NCBI GenBank assembly: GCA_944391705.1
Contig: CALXUN010000002.1
Location: 8,279 to 72,278 of the forward strand
Source of the DNA: an uncultured Alphaproteobacteria bacterium
Lineage (GTDB): Bacteria > Pseudomonadota > Alphaproteobacteria > RF32 > CAG-239
Length of the DNA stretch: 64,000 nucleotides
Reading direction: 5' to 3'
The translations under genes were made by a program, and so were the position numbers. Each line of letters opens with the position of its first letter. Position 1 is the first letter of the stretch. Under the pieces are notes generated by a model that was not told the DNA's origin, searched no databases, and saw only the letters and a program-made list of their open reading frames with translations. Of this stretch, positions 28,080 through 39,894 are shown piece after piece.

Positions 28080-28262
28080 TTATTCCTCGACTTTAACGAG
28101 GTGGCTCACCTTCTTAATCATGCCGCGAACAGCCGGTGTATCTTCCAGCACAGCGGTACGATTCATCTTGTTTAAGCCTAAGCCGATTAAAGTTGCTCTC
28201 TGGTCTTTCGGTTTGCCGATCGGGCTTGCGATCTGAGTAACTTTTAATGTCTTCTTAGCCAT
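28080..28262 (-). CDS. rpmD: 50S ribosomal protein L30
   Basis: 60 aa with conserved L30 sequence. Confidence 0.9.
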   Translation of the reverse strand: MAKKTLKVTQIASPIGKPKDQRATLIGLGLNKMNRTAVLEDTPAVRGMIKKVSHLVKVEE

Positions 28263-28265
28263 GGA

Positions 28266-28826
28266 TTAAGCCTCCTCTTTTTCCATTTTTACATTTGAAG
28301 AATTTTCGCGGCGGCTGACGATATCCCCGACTTTTTTACCGCGTTTGGCGGCAATCATGCGCGGAGAATTAATCGACTGCAGGGCATTGAAAGTTGCTTT
28401 AATCATATTGTACGGATTGTTTGAACCCAATGATTTGGCAACCACATCCTGCACGCCCAAAACTTCAAACACGGCACGCATCGGACCGCCGGCAATAACA
28501 CCGGTACCGGCCGGAGCTGTTCTCAAAATAACTTTTCCGGCGCCGAAACGGCCTTCAACATCATGGTGAAGCGTTCTGCCTTCACGCAGCGGAATGCGAA
28601 CCATATTTTTCTTTGCCTCGTTGGTCGCTTTAACAATGGCTTCCGGAACTTCGGCGGCTTTGCCGGAACCAAATCCGACACGCCCCTTCTGGTCGCCGAC
28701 GACAACGACTGCCGCAAAAGACATCGTGCGGCCGCCTTTAACCGTCTTGGCAACACGGTTGACGTGAACCAGTTTTTCGACCAATTCTTCGGTTTTTTCT
28801 TTTTTATTATGACGATCTACTGCCAT
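28266..28826 (-). CDS. rpsE: 30S ribosomal protein S5
   Basis: Conserved S5 sequence. Confidence 0.95.
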   Translation of the reverse strand: MAVDRHNKKEKTEELVEKLVHVNRVAKTVKGGRTMSFAAVVVVGDQKGRVGFGSGKAAEVPEAIVKATNEAKKNMVRIPLREGRTLHHDVEGRFGAGKVILRTAPAGTGVIAGGPMRAVFEVLGVQDVVAKSLGSNNPYNMIKATFNALQSINSPRMIAAKRGKKVGDIVSRRENSSNVKMEKEEA

Positions 28827-28836
28827 CTTACTTCTC

Positions 28837-29199
28837 CTAGAATTTCAATCCGGCTGCACGGGCAGCATCGGCCAAAGCTTTTACACGGCCATGATAGATA
28901 TAACCGCCTCTGTCAAAGACAACTTCGCTTACACCTGACTTGACTGCTCTTTCAGCAATTAATTTACCGATGAAGCCGGCGGCTTCAACCGTAGATGACT
29001 TTTTGATGCTGTCACGGACTTCTTTATCCAAAGTGGAAGCAGAAGCAACCGTTGCACCTTTGGCATCGTCAATAATCTGCGCGTAGATGTGCTTGCCGCT
29101 GCGGAAAACGGACAATCTCAGCTTTCCGTTGGCGGCTTTTTTCAAAGCGGTTCTGACGCGCGCCTTTCTTTTTTCAAACAATTTTCTTGGTGTATTCAT
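28837..29199 (-). CDS. rplR: 50S ribosomal protein L18
   Basis: Conserved L18 sequence. Confidence 0.95.
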   Translation of the reverse strand: MNTPRKLFEKRKARVRTALKKAANGKLRLSVFRSGKHIYAQIIDDAKGATVASASTLDKEVRDSIKKSSTVEAAGFIGKLIAERAVKSGVSEVVFDRGGYIYHGRVKALADAARAAGLKF

Positions 29200-29213
29200 C
29201 TTAAGCCTATCCC

Positions 29214-29750
29214 TTACTTCTTCTTGCCTTCTTTACGACGTACGTATTCGCCTTCATACTTGACACCTTTACCTTTATACGGTTCCGGCTTTCTGTACTT
29301 GCGAATTTCCGCAGCAACCTGTCCGACAAGTTGTTTATCCACACCAAAAACTTTAATCTGAGTCGGTGATTCGCAGGAAATCTTAATACCTTCCGGAGCC
29401 GGAAAGTTAACATCATGCGAAAAGCCTAAAGAAAGAACGAGCTTGTTGCCTTCCGTACGGGCTTTGTAACCGACGCCGACCAATTCCAAATTCTTAGTGA
29501 AGCCTTCGCTGACACCTTTTACCAGAGTATTGATGTTAGCGCGGGTTGTTCCCCACAAAGCGCGAGCCGTCTGGCTGCCTGACAACGGGGAAACGACAAT
29601 CTTATTGTCTTCCAGTTTGGCTGCAACATGACTATCGTCAAAAGTGCAGCTGAGTTCACCTAATTTTCCTTTAATGGTAACAACATTGCCTTCAATGGCT
29701 GCTGTTACGCCAGCCGGGATAATAACCGGATATTTACCTATTCTTGACAT
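29214..29750 (-). CDS. rplF: 50S ribosomal protein L6
   Basis: Conserved L6 sequence. Confidence 0.95.
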   Translation of the reverse strand: MSRIGKYPVIIPAGVTAAIEGNVVTIKGKLGELSCTFDDSHVAAKLEDNKIVVSPLSGSQTARALWGTTRANINTLVKGVSEGFTKNLELVGVGYKARTEGNKLVLSLGFSHDVNFPAPEGIKISCESPTQIKVFGVDKQLVGQVAAEIRKYRKPEPYKGKGVKYEGEYVRRKEGKKK

Positions 29751-29762
29751 CCGTTTTCTCCC

Positions 29763-30161
29763 TTAAAATACCTGACACAAAATTTCACCGCCGACATTGG
29801 CCTTGCGGGCATCATTGTCGCTCATCACACCCTGCGGGGTGGAAACAATCGAAATACCCAGACCGTTGTAAACTCTCGGCAGGTCCTTAACGCTTGAATA
29901 AACACGACGACCCGGCGTTGAGACGCGGTAAATTTCAGTTATAACCGAAGCACCTTCATGGTACTTTAATTTAATAACGAGTTCATCAATACCCGGCTTA
30001 ACATTGCGCTTTTCATAGCCTTCAATGTAGCCTTCTTTTTTCAGAACTTCCAAAACATTTTCACGCAGGCGAGAGGCCGGTGATACAACATCACTTTTCT
30101 TCGCTCTTTGTGCGTTTCTAATGCGTGTGAGCATATCGCCCAAAGGATCAGTCATTGACAT
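29763..30161 (-). CDS. rpsH: 30S ribosomal protein S8
   Basis: Conserved S8 sequence. Confidence 0.95.
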   Translation of the reverse strand: MSMTDPLGDMLTRIRNAQRAKKSDVVSPASRLRENVLEVLKKEGYIEGYEKRNVKPGIDELVIKLKYHEGASVITEIYRVSTPGRRVYSSVKDLPRVYNGLGISIVSTPQGVMSDNDARKANVGGEILCQVF

Positions 30162-30173
30162 AATATCTCCTCC

Positions 30174-30479
30174 TTACCAGCTTGATTTTACCAAACCCGG
30201 AATTTCACCGAAACTGGCCATGTTTCTTAATTCCACACGGCTCAAACCGAACTTCCGGTAATAACTACGTGAGCGGCCAGTCAGCTTGCAGCGGTTTCTA
30301 ACTCTGATTTTGGCAGAGTTGCGCGGCAGGGCGGCCAACTTCAAAGTCGCCTGGAATCTTTCTTCCGGAGAAGCATTCTTATCCATAACGACATTCTTTA
30401 ATTTCTGACGGCGATTAGCATACTTCTCGGCCATCTTTACTCTTTTCAAGTTTCTATATACTGAACTTGTTTTCGACAT
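30174..30479 (-). CDS. rpsN: 30S ribosomal protein S14 (long form)
   Basis: 101 aa with conserved S14 sequence. Confidence 0.95.
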   Translation of the reverse strand: MSKTSSVYRNLKRVKMAEKYANRRQKLKNVVMDKNASPEERFQATLKLAALPRNSAKIRVRNRCKLTGRSRSYYRKFGLSRVELRNMASFGEIPGLVKSSW

Positions 30480-30493
30480 CGTAAAATCTCCGC

Positions 30494-31033
30494 TTATTTC
30501 TTGTAAGGCAGGTTAAATGAAGTGAGCAAAAACTTTGCTTCTTCATCTGTTTTGGCCGAGGTGCAAATAACAATGTCCATTCCGCGGACGTCTTCAACTT
30601 TTTCATAGTTGATTTCCGGGAAAATAACCTGTTCTTTAATGCCAAAAGCAAAATTGCCTTTGCCGTCAAAGTTTTTGCCGGATATGCCGTGGAAGTCCCT
30701 GATGCGCGGCAAAGCCATATTAATAAGTCTTTCCAGAAACTCATACATTCTGGTCGAACGCAGTGTAACTTTGCAGCCAATCGGCATACCTTCTCTGAGC
30801 TTAAACGTTGCAATAGATTTGCGGGCCGTTGTCATAACCGGCTTCTGTCCGGCAATCAAAGCCAGCTCTTCCATCGCATTGTTGAGCTTTTTCTTGTCGG
30901 TAACGGCATCGCCGATACCCATGTTCAGTACAATTTTCGTCAGCTTCGGAATCTCATGTGGGTTCTTGTAACCGAATTTTTCCACAAGAGATTTCTTTAT
31001 GACGTCATTGTAAAGTTTTTCAAAATTTGTCAT
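30494..31033 (-). CDS. rplE: 50S ribosomal protein L5
   Basis: Conserved L5 sequence. Confidence 0.95.
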   Translation of the reverse strand: MTNFEKLYNDVIKKSLVEKFGYKNPHEIPKLTKIVLNMGIGDAVTDKKKLNNAMEELALIAGQKPVMTTARKSIATFKLREGMPIGCKVTLRSTRMYEFLERLINMALPRIRDFHGISGKNFDGKGNFAFGIKEQVIFPEINYEKVEDVRGMDIVICTSAKTDEEAKFLLTSFNLPYKK

Positions 31034-31044
31034 AAAATTTTCTC

Positions 31045-31359
31045 CTATTTATCGATTACTTCACCGGATTTACGTGCAACCCGCACTTTAGTCCCTTTGT
31101 CATCCTTGTAACCGATACGGGAAGCCTTGCCTTCCGAGGTTACAATCGCGACGTTTGAAACGTGAATGGCTGCTTCTTTGGTTACAATGCCGCCCGGAGT
31201 GGTCTGGCTGGGCTTGGTGTGTCTTTTAACCAGATTGACACCTTGAACAACCACCTTACTCTCTTTGGGCATTGCTTTCAAAACTTCGCCGGTTTTACCT
31301 TTGTCATCGCCAGACAAGATAATAACTTTATCACCTTTTTTAATTTTCATTTTAGGCAT
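31045..31359 (-). CDS. rplX: 50S ribosomal protein L24
   Basis: KOW motif and conserved L24 sequence. Confidence 0.95.
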   Translation of the reverse strand: MPKMKIKKGDKVIILSGDDKGKTGEVLKAMPKESKVVVQGVNLVKRHTKPSQTTPGGIVTKEAAIHVSNVAIVTSEGKASRIGYKDDKGTKVRVARKSGEVIDK

Positions 31360-31727
31360 TACAATACCTCCGGTGCTAATGAAATGATTTTCATAAATTT
31401 CTTTGCGCGCAGTTCTCTTGTGACAGGGCCGAAGATACGGGTACCAATCGGCTCGCCGTCTTTATTAATCAGAACTGCCGCATTGCTGTCAAAACGGATA
31501 ACGCTGCCGTCTTTGCGACGGATATCGCTGGCGGTTCTGACGATGACGGCTTTGCAGACATCACCTTTCTTCACGCGCCCTTTGGGCATCGCTTCTTTAA
31601 TTGAAACAACAATAACATCACCTACGGAAGCATGCATTCTCTTGGACCCGCCAAGAACTTTAATGCACTGCACCTGACGTGCTCCAGAATTATCTGCAAC
31701 ATCTAGGTTGGTTTGCATCTGTATCAT
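31359..31727 (-). CDS. rplN: 50S ribosomal protein L14
   Basis: Conserved L14 sequence. Confidence 0.95.
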   Translation of the reverse strand: MIQMQTNLDVADNSGARQVQCIKVLGGSKRMHASVGDVIVVSIKEAMPKGRVKKGDVCKAVIVRTASDIRRKDGSVIRFDSNAAVLINKDGEPIGTRIFGPVTRELRAKKFMKIISLAPEVL

Positions 31728-31745
31728 TTTCTAATTCCTTCTTTT

Positions 31746-31982
31746 CTAGGCGTTATCAACTAATACAGTCCAACTTTTCGTTTTTGAATAAGGTTTGGAT
31801 TCAATAATCGAAACCTTATCGCCGACTTTGAACTGGTTATTTTCGTCGTGAGCAGCATATTTTTTGCTCTTCTTCACGAACTTTTTGTAAACGGGATGCA
31901 TAACCTGACGCTCAACGCTGACCACGACGGTTTTATCCTGTTTATCGCTAACAACAACACCTTGAAGAATTCTTTTAGGCAT
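31746..31982 (-). CDS. rpsQ: 30S ribosomal protein S17
   Basis: Start set at the internal ATG at 31982 ([14 protein letters not shown]), preceded by AGGAGA. The ORF-track start at 32015 would overlap rpmC. Confidence 0.9.
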   Translation of the reverse strand: MPKRILQGVVVSDKQDKTVVVSVERQVMHPVYKKFVKKSKKYAAHDENNQFKVGDKVSIIESKPYSKTKSWTVLVDNA

Positions 31983-31992
31983 ATCTTTTCTC

Positions 31993-32190
31993 CTAACTAT
32001 TCTTCTTGCGCTCACTTAAGAGCGTGTTGATTTTGGCTATTTCACGGCGGACTTTACGGATTTGTGCCGTATTCGTCAGCTGACCGGTTGACTGCTGAAT
32101 GCGCAAGTTAAACTGTTCCTTTTTATTTTCGGTCAGTTTTGCCTCTAATTCATCAATCGTCATAGCGCGCAAATCTTTTGTTTTAACCAT
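31993..32190 (-). CDS. rpmC: 50S ribosomal protein L29
   Basis: 65 aa with conserved L29 sequence. Confidence 0.9.
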   Translation of the reverse strand: MVKTKDLRAMTIDELEAKLTENKKEQFNLRIQQSTGQLTNTAQIRKVRREIAKINTLLSERKKNS

Positions 32191-32618
32191 TATGCTTCTC
32201 CTTTATCCGAATTCAAGCGCTGAACAAATTTGCTTTTAACCGGCAATTTTGCAGCACCAAGGGCAAATGCACGGCGGGCGGTATCTTCATCAATGCCTTC
32301 CGCTTCAAACATAATGCGACCCGGTTTAACTCTTGCAACCCAGAATTCGACAGCACCTTTACCTTTACCCATACGAACCTCGGCCGGTTTGTCCGACACC
32401 GGAACGTCAGGGAAGATTCTGATCCATAAGCGGCCGGCTCTTTTCATCTCACGGGTAATTGCGCGACGGGCTGCCTCAATCTGGCGGGCCGTAACGCGTT
32501 CCGGAGACAAAGCCTTCAGGCCGTATGTACCGAAACTCAATGTTGATCCGCCTTTGGCCAGGCCGTGAATACGACCCTTATGCTGTTTGCGGAACTTCAT
32601 ACGTTTTGGACTTAACAT
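32190..32618 (-). CDS. rplP: 50S ribosomal protein L16
   Basis: Conserved L16 sequence. Confidence 0.95.
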   Translation of the reverse strand: MLSPKRMKFRKQHKGRIHGLAKGGSTLSFGTYGLKALSPERVTARQIEAARRAITREMKRAGRLWIRIFPDVPVSDKPAEVRMGKGKGAVEFWVARVKPGRIMFEAEGIDEDTARRAFALGAAKLPVKSKFVQRLNSDKGEA

Positions 32619-32636
32619 CTTATTCTAACCTCTTTA

Positions 32637-33308
32637 TTATTTCTGTTCAGCCAGCTTCTTGTCCTGAGCCATCGGATCATGAGCCATAATTTCGCCTTTA
32701 TAGATCCAGACTTTAACGCCGCAGGCACCATAAGTGGTATGAGCCGTTGAGGTAGCATAATCAATGTCTGCACGCAGCGTATGCAAAGGAACGCGTCCTT
32801 CGCGGTAAGATTCGGTACGGGCAATTTCGGCACCGCCCAAACGACCGCTGCAGCAAACCTTGATGCCTTCCGCGCCCAAACGAAGCGCAGACTGCATAAC
32901 CCTCTTCATAGCCCGGCGGAAAGCAACACGTCTTTCCAACTGCTGGGCAACCGAATCAGCCACAAGTTTTGCATCCAGTTCAGGTTTTCTGACTTCCAGA
33001 ATGTTCAACTGAACTTCAGAAGATGTCAGTTTCTGAATTTCTTTTCTCAAATTCTCGATATCCTGACCCTTTTTGCCGATAACAACACCGGGTCTGGCCG
33101 AATGAATGGTAACTCTGGCTTTTTTGGCCGGACGCTCAATAACGATGCGGCTGACCCCTGCCTGAGCCAATTTTTCTTTCAAGAATTCTTTAATTTTTAA
33201 ATCTTCGTGGAGATAGTCGGTAAACTTGTCATCATCAGCATACCAACGAGAGTCCCAGGTGCGGTTAACGCCCAAACGAAGACCTGTAGGATTTACTTTC
33301 TGTCCCAT
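32637..33308 (-). CDS. rpsC: 30S ribosomal protein S3
   Basis: KH domain and conserved S3 sequence. Confidence 0.95.
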   Translation of the reverse strand: MGQKVNPTGLRLGVNRTWDSRWYADDDKFTDYLHEDLKIKEFLKEKLAQAGVSRIVIERPAKKARVTIHSARPGVVIGKKGQDIENLRKEIQKLTSSEVQLNILEVRKPELDAKLVADSVAQQLERRVAFRRAMKRVMQSALRLGAEGIKVCCSGRLGGAEIARTESYREGRVPLHTLRADIDYATSTAHTTYGACGVKVWIYKGEIMAHDPMAQDKKLAEQK

Positions 33309-33313
33309 TTAAC

Positions 33314-33688
33314 TTACTCCCCACGCTCGGTGACGACGACAGTCAGGCTGGAAAACGGTTTTAAAACCCGTGCCCCGCGCCCGCGACCGCGTGCGTGCAT
33401 ACGTTTCATAACTAAGCCTTTTCCGACAAACGCTTCGCTGACAACGAGTTTGTCAATATTCAGGCTGTGATTGTTTTCGGCATTGGCAATTGCAGATTGC
33501 AGCAATCCCAACGCAACTTTGGCAATTCTCTTCTTAGAGAAAGAGAGCTCAGCAACAGCTTTTTCGGCCGACAGACCACGGATAGACTGGGCAACCAAGT
33601 TCAGTTTACGCGGGCTGGTGCGGATAGAGCGGCAAACGGCCATCGCCTGATTTTGAGCTACTCTTCTTGCATCTTTAGTTTTTCCCAT
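33314..33688 (-). CDS. rplV: 50S ribosomal protein L22
   Basis: Conserved L22 sequence. Confidence 0.95.
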   Translation of the reverse strand: MGKTKDARRVAQNQAMAVCRSIRTSPRKLNLVAQSIRGLSAEKAVAELSFSKKRIAKVALGLLQSAIANAENNHSLNIDKLVVSEAFVGKGLVMKRMHARGRGRGARVLKPFSSLTVVVTERGE

Positions 33689-33690
33689 AA

Positions 33691-33969
33691 TTAACCTCTC
33701 TTCGCTGTCTTGTCTGCGGCGTGCCCGTAGAAAGTACGGGTCGGCGCGAATTCACCAAACTTATGGCCGACCATATCCTCGGTAACCAGTACCGGAATAA
33801 ATTTGTGGCCGTTGTGAACGCCGAACGTTAAACCGACGAACTGCGGCAACATTGTCGAACGACGTGACCAGATTTTAATCACTTCATTACGCCCTGAAGC
33901 TCTGGCTGCATCAGCCTTCTTAAGAAGATAACCGTCAACAAAAGGTCCTTTCCATACGGAACGTGTCAT
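33691..33969 (-). CDS. rpsS: 30S ribosomal protein S19
   Basis: Conserved S19 sequence. Confidence 0.95.
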   Translation of the reverse strand: MTRSVWKGPFVDGYLLKKADAARASGRNEVIKIWSRRSTMLPQFVGLTFGVHNGHKFIPVLVTEDMVGHKFGEFAPTRTFYGHAADKTAKRG

Positions 33970-33984
33970 TAGTTTTTCTCCTTA

Positions 33985-34818
33985 TTACTTCTTGTTATCA
34001 TGACGGGATCTCATAATAAAGCGATCCGTCTTCTTGTTAGAACGAGTCTTGGCGCCCTTGGTCGGCTTACCCCACGGCGTAACCGGATGACGGCCGCCCG
34101 AGGTTCTGCCTTCACCACCACCGTGCGGGTGGTCAACCGGGTTCATTGCAACACCGCGGACAACCGGTCTGATACCCATCCAGCGGGAACGGCCGGCCTT
34201 GCCGAGCGACTTGTTTTGATTATCCGGATTGGAAACGGCACCAACCGTTGCCAGACATTCCTCACGAACGATTCTTAATTCGCCGGAGCTTAATTTTAAC
34301 TGGGCATAACCGGCATCTTTACCGACAACCTGAGCATAGCAGCCTGCAGAACGGGCCAGCTGGCCGCCCTTGCCTGCCTTCATCTCAACGTTGTGGACAA
34401 TCGTACCGACCGGCATGCTCTTCAAAGGCATAGCATTACCCGGCTTAATGTCAGCTTTTGCCGAAGCAATCACTTTATCGCCGGCTTTCAGTCTTTGCGG
34501 AGCCAGAATATAAGCCAGCGTACCGTCTTCATACTTGATTAAAGCAATAAAAGATGTACGGTTCGGATCATATTCAATCCGTTCAACTGTTGCCTCGCAG
34601 TCGAATTTATTGCGTTTGAAGTCGATAACTCTCAGCTTGCGTTTATGACCGCCGCCGATTCTCCGACTTGTAACATGTCCAAAATTATCACGCCCACCGG
34701 TTTTGGTCAGACCGACCGTCAACGTCTTTTCCGGTGCACCTTTGTACAAATCGCTTCTGTCAACGATAATCAGCTGACGAAGCCCCGGAGATGTGGGCTT
34801 AAATGTTTTCAAAGCCAT
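33985..34818 (-). CDS. rplB: 50S ribosomal protein L2
   Basis: Conserved L2 sequence with the GGGHKRKLR region. Confidence 0.95.
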   Translation of the reverse strand: MALKTFKPTSPGLRQLIIVDRSDLYKGAPEKTLTVGLTKTGGRDNFGHVTSRRIGGGHKRKLRVIDFKRNKFDCEATVERIEYDPNRTSFIALIKYEDGTLAYILAPQRLKAGDKVIASAKADIKPGNAMPLKSMPVGTIVHNVEMKAGKGGQLARSAGCYAQVVGKDAGYAQLKLSSGELRIVREECLATVGAVSNPDNQNKSLGKAGRSRWMGIRPVVRGVAMNPVDHPHGGGEGRTSGGRHPVTPWGKPTKGAKTRSNKKTDRFIMRSRHDNKK

Positions 34819-34820
34819 GA

Positions 34821-35141
34821 CTAAATTCCTGTTGTAACATCAATATTTTGACCCTCGGCAAGCGTAACAACGGCTTTTTTGTAATCAGAGCGAACACCCT
34901 GACGGCCGCGGAATACTTTAACCTTGCCGAACTGACGAATGGTATTTACCTTATTGACCTTAACGTTAAAGATGCTTTCAACCGCTGCTTTAACGTCGTC
35001 TTTGGAAGCAGATAAGGGCACCATAAAAGTAACCTTGCCGGCTTCTGACGAAACCATGGACTTTTCGGTAATTACCGGACGAACCAATGTATCATACATT
35101 TTTGCGGTAACATTGTTTGATTTTTTAAGATTTTTTACCAT
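34821..35141 (-). CDS. rplW: 50S ribosomal protein L23
   Basis: Start set at the ATG at 35141 (MVKNLKK), preceded by GAAGGAGAG. Overlaps the end of rplD by 7 nt. Confidence 0.9.
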   Translation of the reverse strand: MVKNLKKSNNVTAKMYDTLVRPVITEKSMVSSEAGKVTFMVPLSASKDDVKAAVESIFNVKVNKVNTIRQFGKVKVFRGRQGVRSDYKKAVVTLAEGQNIDVTTGI

Positions 35142-35767
35142 GTCAATCTCTCCTTCAAGCATTCAACCGCATCTTTGGTCAACACCAGTTTGTCCCTTCT
35201 CAAGATGTCATATACATTGGCACCGATTGTCGGCAGAACGTCAACGCCTGCGATATTGCGGCTGGCCAATGCAAAGTTTGCATCTACTTCCTTGCCGTCA
35301 ATGAACAAGCAGTTTTTCAACCCGCAAACATCCAATTTGGCTTTCAAATCTTTTGTTTTCGGAGCCGACAACTTTGCTTCGTCAATGATGACGAGGTTGC
35401 CCTCTTTGGCTTTCGCGGAGAGAGCCGTTTTTAAACCGAGTTTTCTGAATTTTTTGGTCAAATCGTGCGAATGGTCGCGGACAACCGGACCGAACACGAT
35501 ACCGCCCTTGCGGAACTGTGTCCCTTTACGGGAACCCTGACGGGCATTGCCGCTGCCTTTCTGCTTAAACGGCTTAGCCGGTGTCAGAGCAACATCAGAA
35601 CGGCCTTTGGTCTGGTGAGTACCAGCCTGCTGGCGGGCGAGCTGCCAAACAACAACACGGTGTAAAATGTCAGGACGGACTTCAAGCCCGAAAATCGAGT
35701 CGTCAAGTTCAATCGTACCGACATTTTTATTATCTAAATTTAAGATGTCCTGTTTCATAATTTTCAA
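35135..35767 (-). CDS. rplD: 50S ribosomal protein L4
   Basis: Conserved L4 sequence. Confidence 0.95.
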   Translation of the reverse strand: MKIMKQDILNLDNKNVGTIELDDSIFGLEVRPDILHRVVVWQLARQQAGTHQTKGRSDVALTPAKPFKQKGSGNARQGSRKGTQFRKGGIVFGPVVRDHSHDLTKKFRKLGLKTALSAKAKEGNLVIIDEAKLSAPKTKDLKAKLDVCGLKNCLFIDGKEVDANFALASRNIAGVDVLPTIGANVYDILRRDKLVLTKDAVECLKERLTW

Positions 35768-35778
35768 TCCTTACAATC

Positions 35779-36507
35779 TTATGCATTTTCAGCCGGAGCA
35801 GCTTCTTCGGCTTTAACTGCAACAGGTTCATCAACTTTCTTTAATCCGGCAGGCATCGGCAGCTGGACGGAAGCTGTTTTCTTAACGGCATCGGTTACCC
35901 GAACCCAGGCGTTTTCACTGCCCGGAACGGCACCTTTAACCATAATCAGCCCCTTGGCTGCATCAACGGCAACAACCTTAAGATTCTGAACGGTAACCCG
36001 TTTGGCACCCATGTGGCCGGCCATCTTTTTGCCTTTAAACACTTTACCCGGATCCTGTCTTTGACCGGTAGAACCGTGTGAACGGTGTGAAACCGAAACG
36101 CCGTGCGTGGCTTCCAGACCGGCAAAGTTGTGGCGCTTCATAACGCCGGCAAAACCTTTACCGATTGAAGTAGCACAAACATCAACATACTGTCCCGGCA
36201 CAAAATGTTCGGCCGACAGTTCGTTTCCAACCGAAAGCAGGCAGTCTTCAGAAACTCTGAATTCACCCAGCTTCTTTTTCGGTTCAACATTAGCTTTTGC
36301 GAAATGTCCTTTCATAGGTTTGGATACATTCTTGGCCTTAACAGCGCCCGTTCCCAGTTGAACGGCTGTATATCCATTCTTCTCCGCAGTTTTGACAGCA
36401 ATAACTTTCAGCCCGTCTACGCTTAAAACCGTAACCGGAACATGAACGCCGTTCGCTTCAAAAATGCGGGACATTCCTAATTTTTTTGCGATCAGACCTG
36501 TACGCAT
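35779..36507 (-). CDS. rplC: 50S ribosomal protein L3
   Basis: Conserved L3 sequence. Confidence 0.95.
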   Translation of the reverse strand: MRTGLIAKKLGMSRIFEANGVHVPVTVLSVDGLKVIAVKTAEKNGYTAVQLGTGAVKAKNVSKPMKGHFAKANVEPKKKLGEFRVSEDCLLSVGNELSAEHFVPGQYVDVCATSIGKGFAGVMKRHNFAGLEATHGVSVSHRSHGSTGQRQDPGKVFKGKKMAGHMGAKRVTVQNLKVVAVDAAKGLIMVKGAVPGSENAWVRVTDAVKKTASVQLPMPAGLKKVDEPVAVKAEEAAPAENA

Positions 36508-36574
36508 TATTATTTTTTCCTTTTCTAATTGGTTGACGCCTCATATTTCAAAACGCCAACATTAAAATCATTAA

Positions 36575-36886
36575 TTACAATTTAATTTCGACATTAACAC
36601 CGGCGGCCAAATCAAGCTTCATCAAAGCATCAACCGTTTGCGGCGTCGGGTCGACAATATCCAGAAGTCTTTTGTGGGTACGGATTTCAAACTGCTCGCG
36701 GGATTTTTTATTAACGTGCGGCGAACGGTTTACCGTAAACTTTTCGATTCTGGTCGGCAGAGGAATGGGTCCTCTTACGTTTGCCCCTGTTCTTTTGGCC
36801 GTATGCACAATTTCTTTGGTAGAAAGATCGAGCAGACGATGGTCAAAAGCCTTGAGGCGAATTCTGATATTTTGGGTTTCCATCAT
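36575..36886 (-). CDS. rpsJ: 30S ribosomal protein S10
   Basis: Conserved S10 sequence. First gene of the cluster. Confidence 0.95.
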   Translation of the reverse strand: MMETQNIRIRLKAFDHRLLDLSTKEIVHTAKRTGANVRGPIPLPTRIEKFTVNRSPHVNKKSREQFEIRTHKRLLDIVDPTPQTVDALMKLDLAAGVNVEIKL

Positions 36887-37225
36887 TTTTTTATTTTTCC
36901 CTATAACTAAACGGCAAAAGCCACCTTAACGGAACCCTGCCATTTAACTTGTTAAAACTCAAACAAAACGTTCTATAGCAACGCCTTGCCTTATATTTTA
37001 TATTTAACATCACCGGAACTTGTTAAAGGCTCCGAACAAACGTTGTGAGGGGCTTATAACATAGCAAAACAAACATTGCAAGTAAAAAATGCACAAAAAA
37101 TCAAAAAAAAGTTAACGCCGCCAACCCTTGTCCAGACTCTGTTTGAGTCATTTCCCCGATTCGCGGCATTAACCATTTTGAGTCTAAATTGCCTATTTTG
37201 AGTCCAGCGGCATGCCTGTTTCATT

Positions 37226-37582
37226 TTACCTGGAATAACTCATATCCTTTTTAGTACTGCGCTGATTTTCTTTTTCGATATACACTCCCAGTTTTCCTTG
37301 AGCTTTTTTAAGAATTTCCGCACCCATTTGCTGTTTCGGATTTTGACCTTCCGCTGAAATATTCAGACTTTTAAGATTCTGGGCAAAATTCTCCCCTTCC
37401 TTCCACGGAGCCTGACAGGCCAAAACCTTTTCTCCCTTTTCGTTATAAAGTTCGGCATGAACAGAGGAAACCATATTTTCAGAAGTTAGCGAGCCATGCG
37501 GACCAAATGAATTATGGCGTTTGAAAACCGTCCCTTCTGATTCTTTATAAAACTTAGCCGTTACCGCCCCTGTCTGCTCCAC
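37226..37582 (-). CDS. Hypothetical protein upstream of the S10 operon; start uncertain
   Basis: The ORF-track start at 37684 is a TTG inside an AT-rich promoter-like tract. The complex part of the sequence begins near GIAVEQTGAV, so a downstream GTG or ATT start is possible. No domain recognised. Confidence 0.3.
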   Translation of the reverse strand: MEQTGAVTAKFYKESEGTVFKRHNSFGPHGSLTSENMVSSVHAELYNEKGEKVLACQAPWKEGENFAQNLKSLNISAEGQNPKQQMGAEILKKAQGKLGVYIEKENQRSTKKDMSYSR

Positions 37583-37706
37583 AGCAATACCGAAAATTCT
37601 CTTTATGCGAAATGTTAAAAAAAATAAATTAATGGTTGCAAAATTATACTTTCTATTATAAGTATATATGTAGATATTAATCAACTGTTTATAGAGGGAG
37701 AGTCAA

Positions 37707-38000
37707 ATGACCAAATTAGCTAATCGCGTTATTTCTATCTTTGACCGCAAAACCAGCATGCGCCTGGCCATGCCGGAATGGACTGCCGTTGATGATATTT
37801 GCCGGCGGGAAAACATCAAACGTAAACACCTCTTTGAAATCATTGAAAGCAATAAAGACCCCAAACTCGGTTTTACCTGCTCGGTACGGCTTTTTGCCAT
37901 TACATACATGCATAATCATATGCCTAATTATATTCCGAAACAAAAAAACGGCAAAAATGATTATAAAGGAATTTTTGATACCATAAAAACCATGTCATAA
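37707..38000 (+). CDS. Ribbon-helix-helix (RHH_4, COG4321-like) DNA-binding protein
   Basis: RKTSMRLAMPEWTAVDDICRRENIKRKHLFEII matches the alphaproteobacterial RHH family. RBS GAGGGAGAG. Confidence 0.55.
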   Translation: MTKLANRVISIFDRKTSMRLAMPEWTAVDDICRRENIKRKHLFEIIESNKDPKLGFTCSVRLFAITYMHNHMPNYIPKQKNGKNDYKGIFDTIKTMS

Positions 38001-38071
38001 AGACCTCTTGTAAATCAAAAATCTCTGCTTATCTATGAAAATACAGTCAAACGATAACATGGAAAGTACAG

Positions 38072-38533
38072 ATGAAAAAAATAATTGTTTTGTTACTGCT
38101 CTCTGTTTACCCGGCATCGGCGCAAACCCCCACCGTTGTTTACGGCGCTGCTGAAACAGCGGTCGGAAATGAAAATCAGTTTATGGTTATCCAGCCTGAA
38201 AACGCCCCCAACCCTTTGGGTAACCCGATTGTCACGATCCCGGACACCCAAACTTCCATGCCGGCCGCCACACCGCAGGAAATTCCACAGCCACAAAGCA
38301 CCGTCAGCACTCAAAACAAAAAACAACCGGCCGAAAATGTTATTAATCAAACCGCAGAACAAAACCCCGAACCTTTTTCGGAAACACCCCGACAGGAACA
38401 AAATCAAATCCAAAACACATTATACCAGGGCGGAAACCGCATATATGATGTTCAGTCTTTTCCAATAAATGATATTAAAACCATCACCGAACCGAACATT
38501 CAGCCGACAATTACCACTTACCCGGAATATTAA
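38072..38533 (+). CDS. Secreted low-complexity protein rich in Pro, Gln and Thr
   Basis: Signal peptide MKKIIVLLLLSVYPASA. The mature part is rich in P, Q, T and N. No domain recognised. Confidence 0.55.
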   Translation: MKKIIVLLLLSVYPASAQTPTVVYGAAETAVGNENQFMVIQPENAPNPLGNPIVTIPDTQTSMPAATPQEIPQPQSTVSTQNKKQPAENVINQTAEQNPEPFSETPRQEQNQIQNTLYQGGNRIYDVQSFPINDIKTITEPNIQPTITTYPEY

Positions 38534-39276
38534 ACCCGTTCATATTCAAAAAAGACTGGTTTTCGACCCTCCCGGAGAGCCTTCCGCTGATATTTTGTTT
38601 CCACCCAGTCTGCCGGCGGACAGCGCCAGTCGGCCGAAGTTTTTGCCGTCCATCTAAAGTCCGGGGAACCATGCATCATCCGCATTGTCCAGGCCTTATA
38701 AATTTTATGATCGGTTGCAATCTGTAAAATACCGCCGTGCCGGATAATACGAGCCAGTTCTTTTAAATTTTCCGGATTAACAAACCGGCGTGCCGCATGT
38801 CTTTTTTTGGGCCACGGATCCGGAAACAACAAAAAAACTTTATCAACAAAACCATCCGGAATTTTAGAAAACAACAACCGGGCATCATCATCATAAACCC
38901 GGACATTATCCGTTCTTTCCGGTCGTAAATTAATATTTTCCGGGACATTGTTTCCATCCGCCACACCGGTCAAAAGTTTCAGCAGATTAGCCACACCGTT
39001 TTGAAAAACTTCAATTCCGATAAAACCGATATCCGGATTTTTTAAAGACATACCTGCCAAATGTTCCCCGTCACCGAAACCGATTTCCAGATAAATTTTT
39101 TGAACCGGAAAACCAAACATTTTTTCTTTATCAAAAACCGTATTTTCCCCTATCTTGATTTTCGGTAAAAACCGTGCCAATAAAGTACTTTTTGCTTTAT
39201 GGATAACCCGGCCTTTCCGTCGACCGAAAAACTTTGGCAACATTGTTGTCCCGGTTGAATTTTGTTTCTGCTGCAT
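38530..39276 (-). CDS. trmB: tRNA (guanine46-N7)-methyltransferase
   Basis: SAM-binding EIGFGDGEHL and conserved TrmB C-terminal region (FPDPWPKKRH). Confidence 0.85.
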   Translation of the reverse strand: MQQKQNSTGTTMLPKFFGRRKGRVIHKAKSTLLARFLPKIKIGENTVFDKEKMFGFPVQKIYLEIGFGDGEHLAGMSLKNPDIGFIGIEVFQNGVANLLKLLTGVADGNNVPENINLRPERTDNVRVYDDDARLLFSKIPDGFVDKVFLLFPDPWPKKRHAARRFVNPENLKELARIIRHGGILQIATDHKIYKAWTMRMMHGSPDFRWTAKTSADWRCPPADWVETKYQRKALREGRKPVFFEYERV

Positions 39277-39343
39277 AAAATAAAGTTCCCGTTATTACTT
39301 ATACGGGAACTTCTTTATCTTAAAAAAAGCAAATAATCAAGAA

Positions 39344-39835
39344 TTATTCATCTGCCATAGTTGAATTTGATTTTGACATACTGACGATTAAATCAAATAA
39401 ATGCTTGGCAATCTTACGGTTTGAAATCCGGTAATATGCACGAACCAACTCCAGGGTTTCTTCCCTTTTCATCGGATCCAAATCCATATCATCAGCTTCT
39501 TCAGCCAGCATACCGGCCTCTTCATTATCCGGCATAGTCAGCATCATCGGACTTTGGCTTTCGACTGATTTATCCATATCTTCAAAGAAAAAATCCATCG
39601 GTACTTTTAAGACCTTACTGATATCCCACAACCGGCTTGCACCAACACGGTTACACCCCTTTTCATATTTTTGTACCTGCTGAAACGTTAATCCGAGTTT
39701 ACGCGCCATAAACTGCTGGCTGTAACCTAAAATAGTCCGGCGCAGGCGAATACGGTTTCCGACATGAACATCAACCGGGTTAGGCACACCGTCAGCCACT
39801 CTTCCCCGAACAGATTTTTCTTTTTTAAATTCCAT
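39344..39835 (-). CDS. XRE-family HTH regulator with acidic C-terminal tail (the conserved HTH gene next to lnt)
   Basis: HTH: GNRIRLRRTILGYSQQFMARKLGLTFQQVQKYEKG. Start set at the ATG at 39835 (MEFKKEK). Confidence 0.7.
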   Translation of the reverse strand: MEFKKEKSVRGRVADGVPNPVDVHVGNRIRLRRTILGYSQQFMARKLGLTFQQVQKYEKGCNRVGASRLWDISKVLKVPMDFFFEDMDKSVESQSPMMLTMPDNEEAGMLAEEADDMDLDPMKREETLELVRAYYRISNRKIAKHLFDLIVSMSKSNSTMADE

Positions 39836-39894
39836 AGTTCCATAGTCCCCCATAAAATGTGATATTATTATAAATAAACGATTATACAAAAAAG

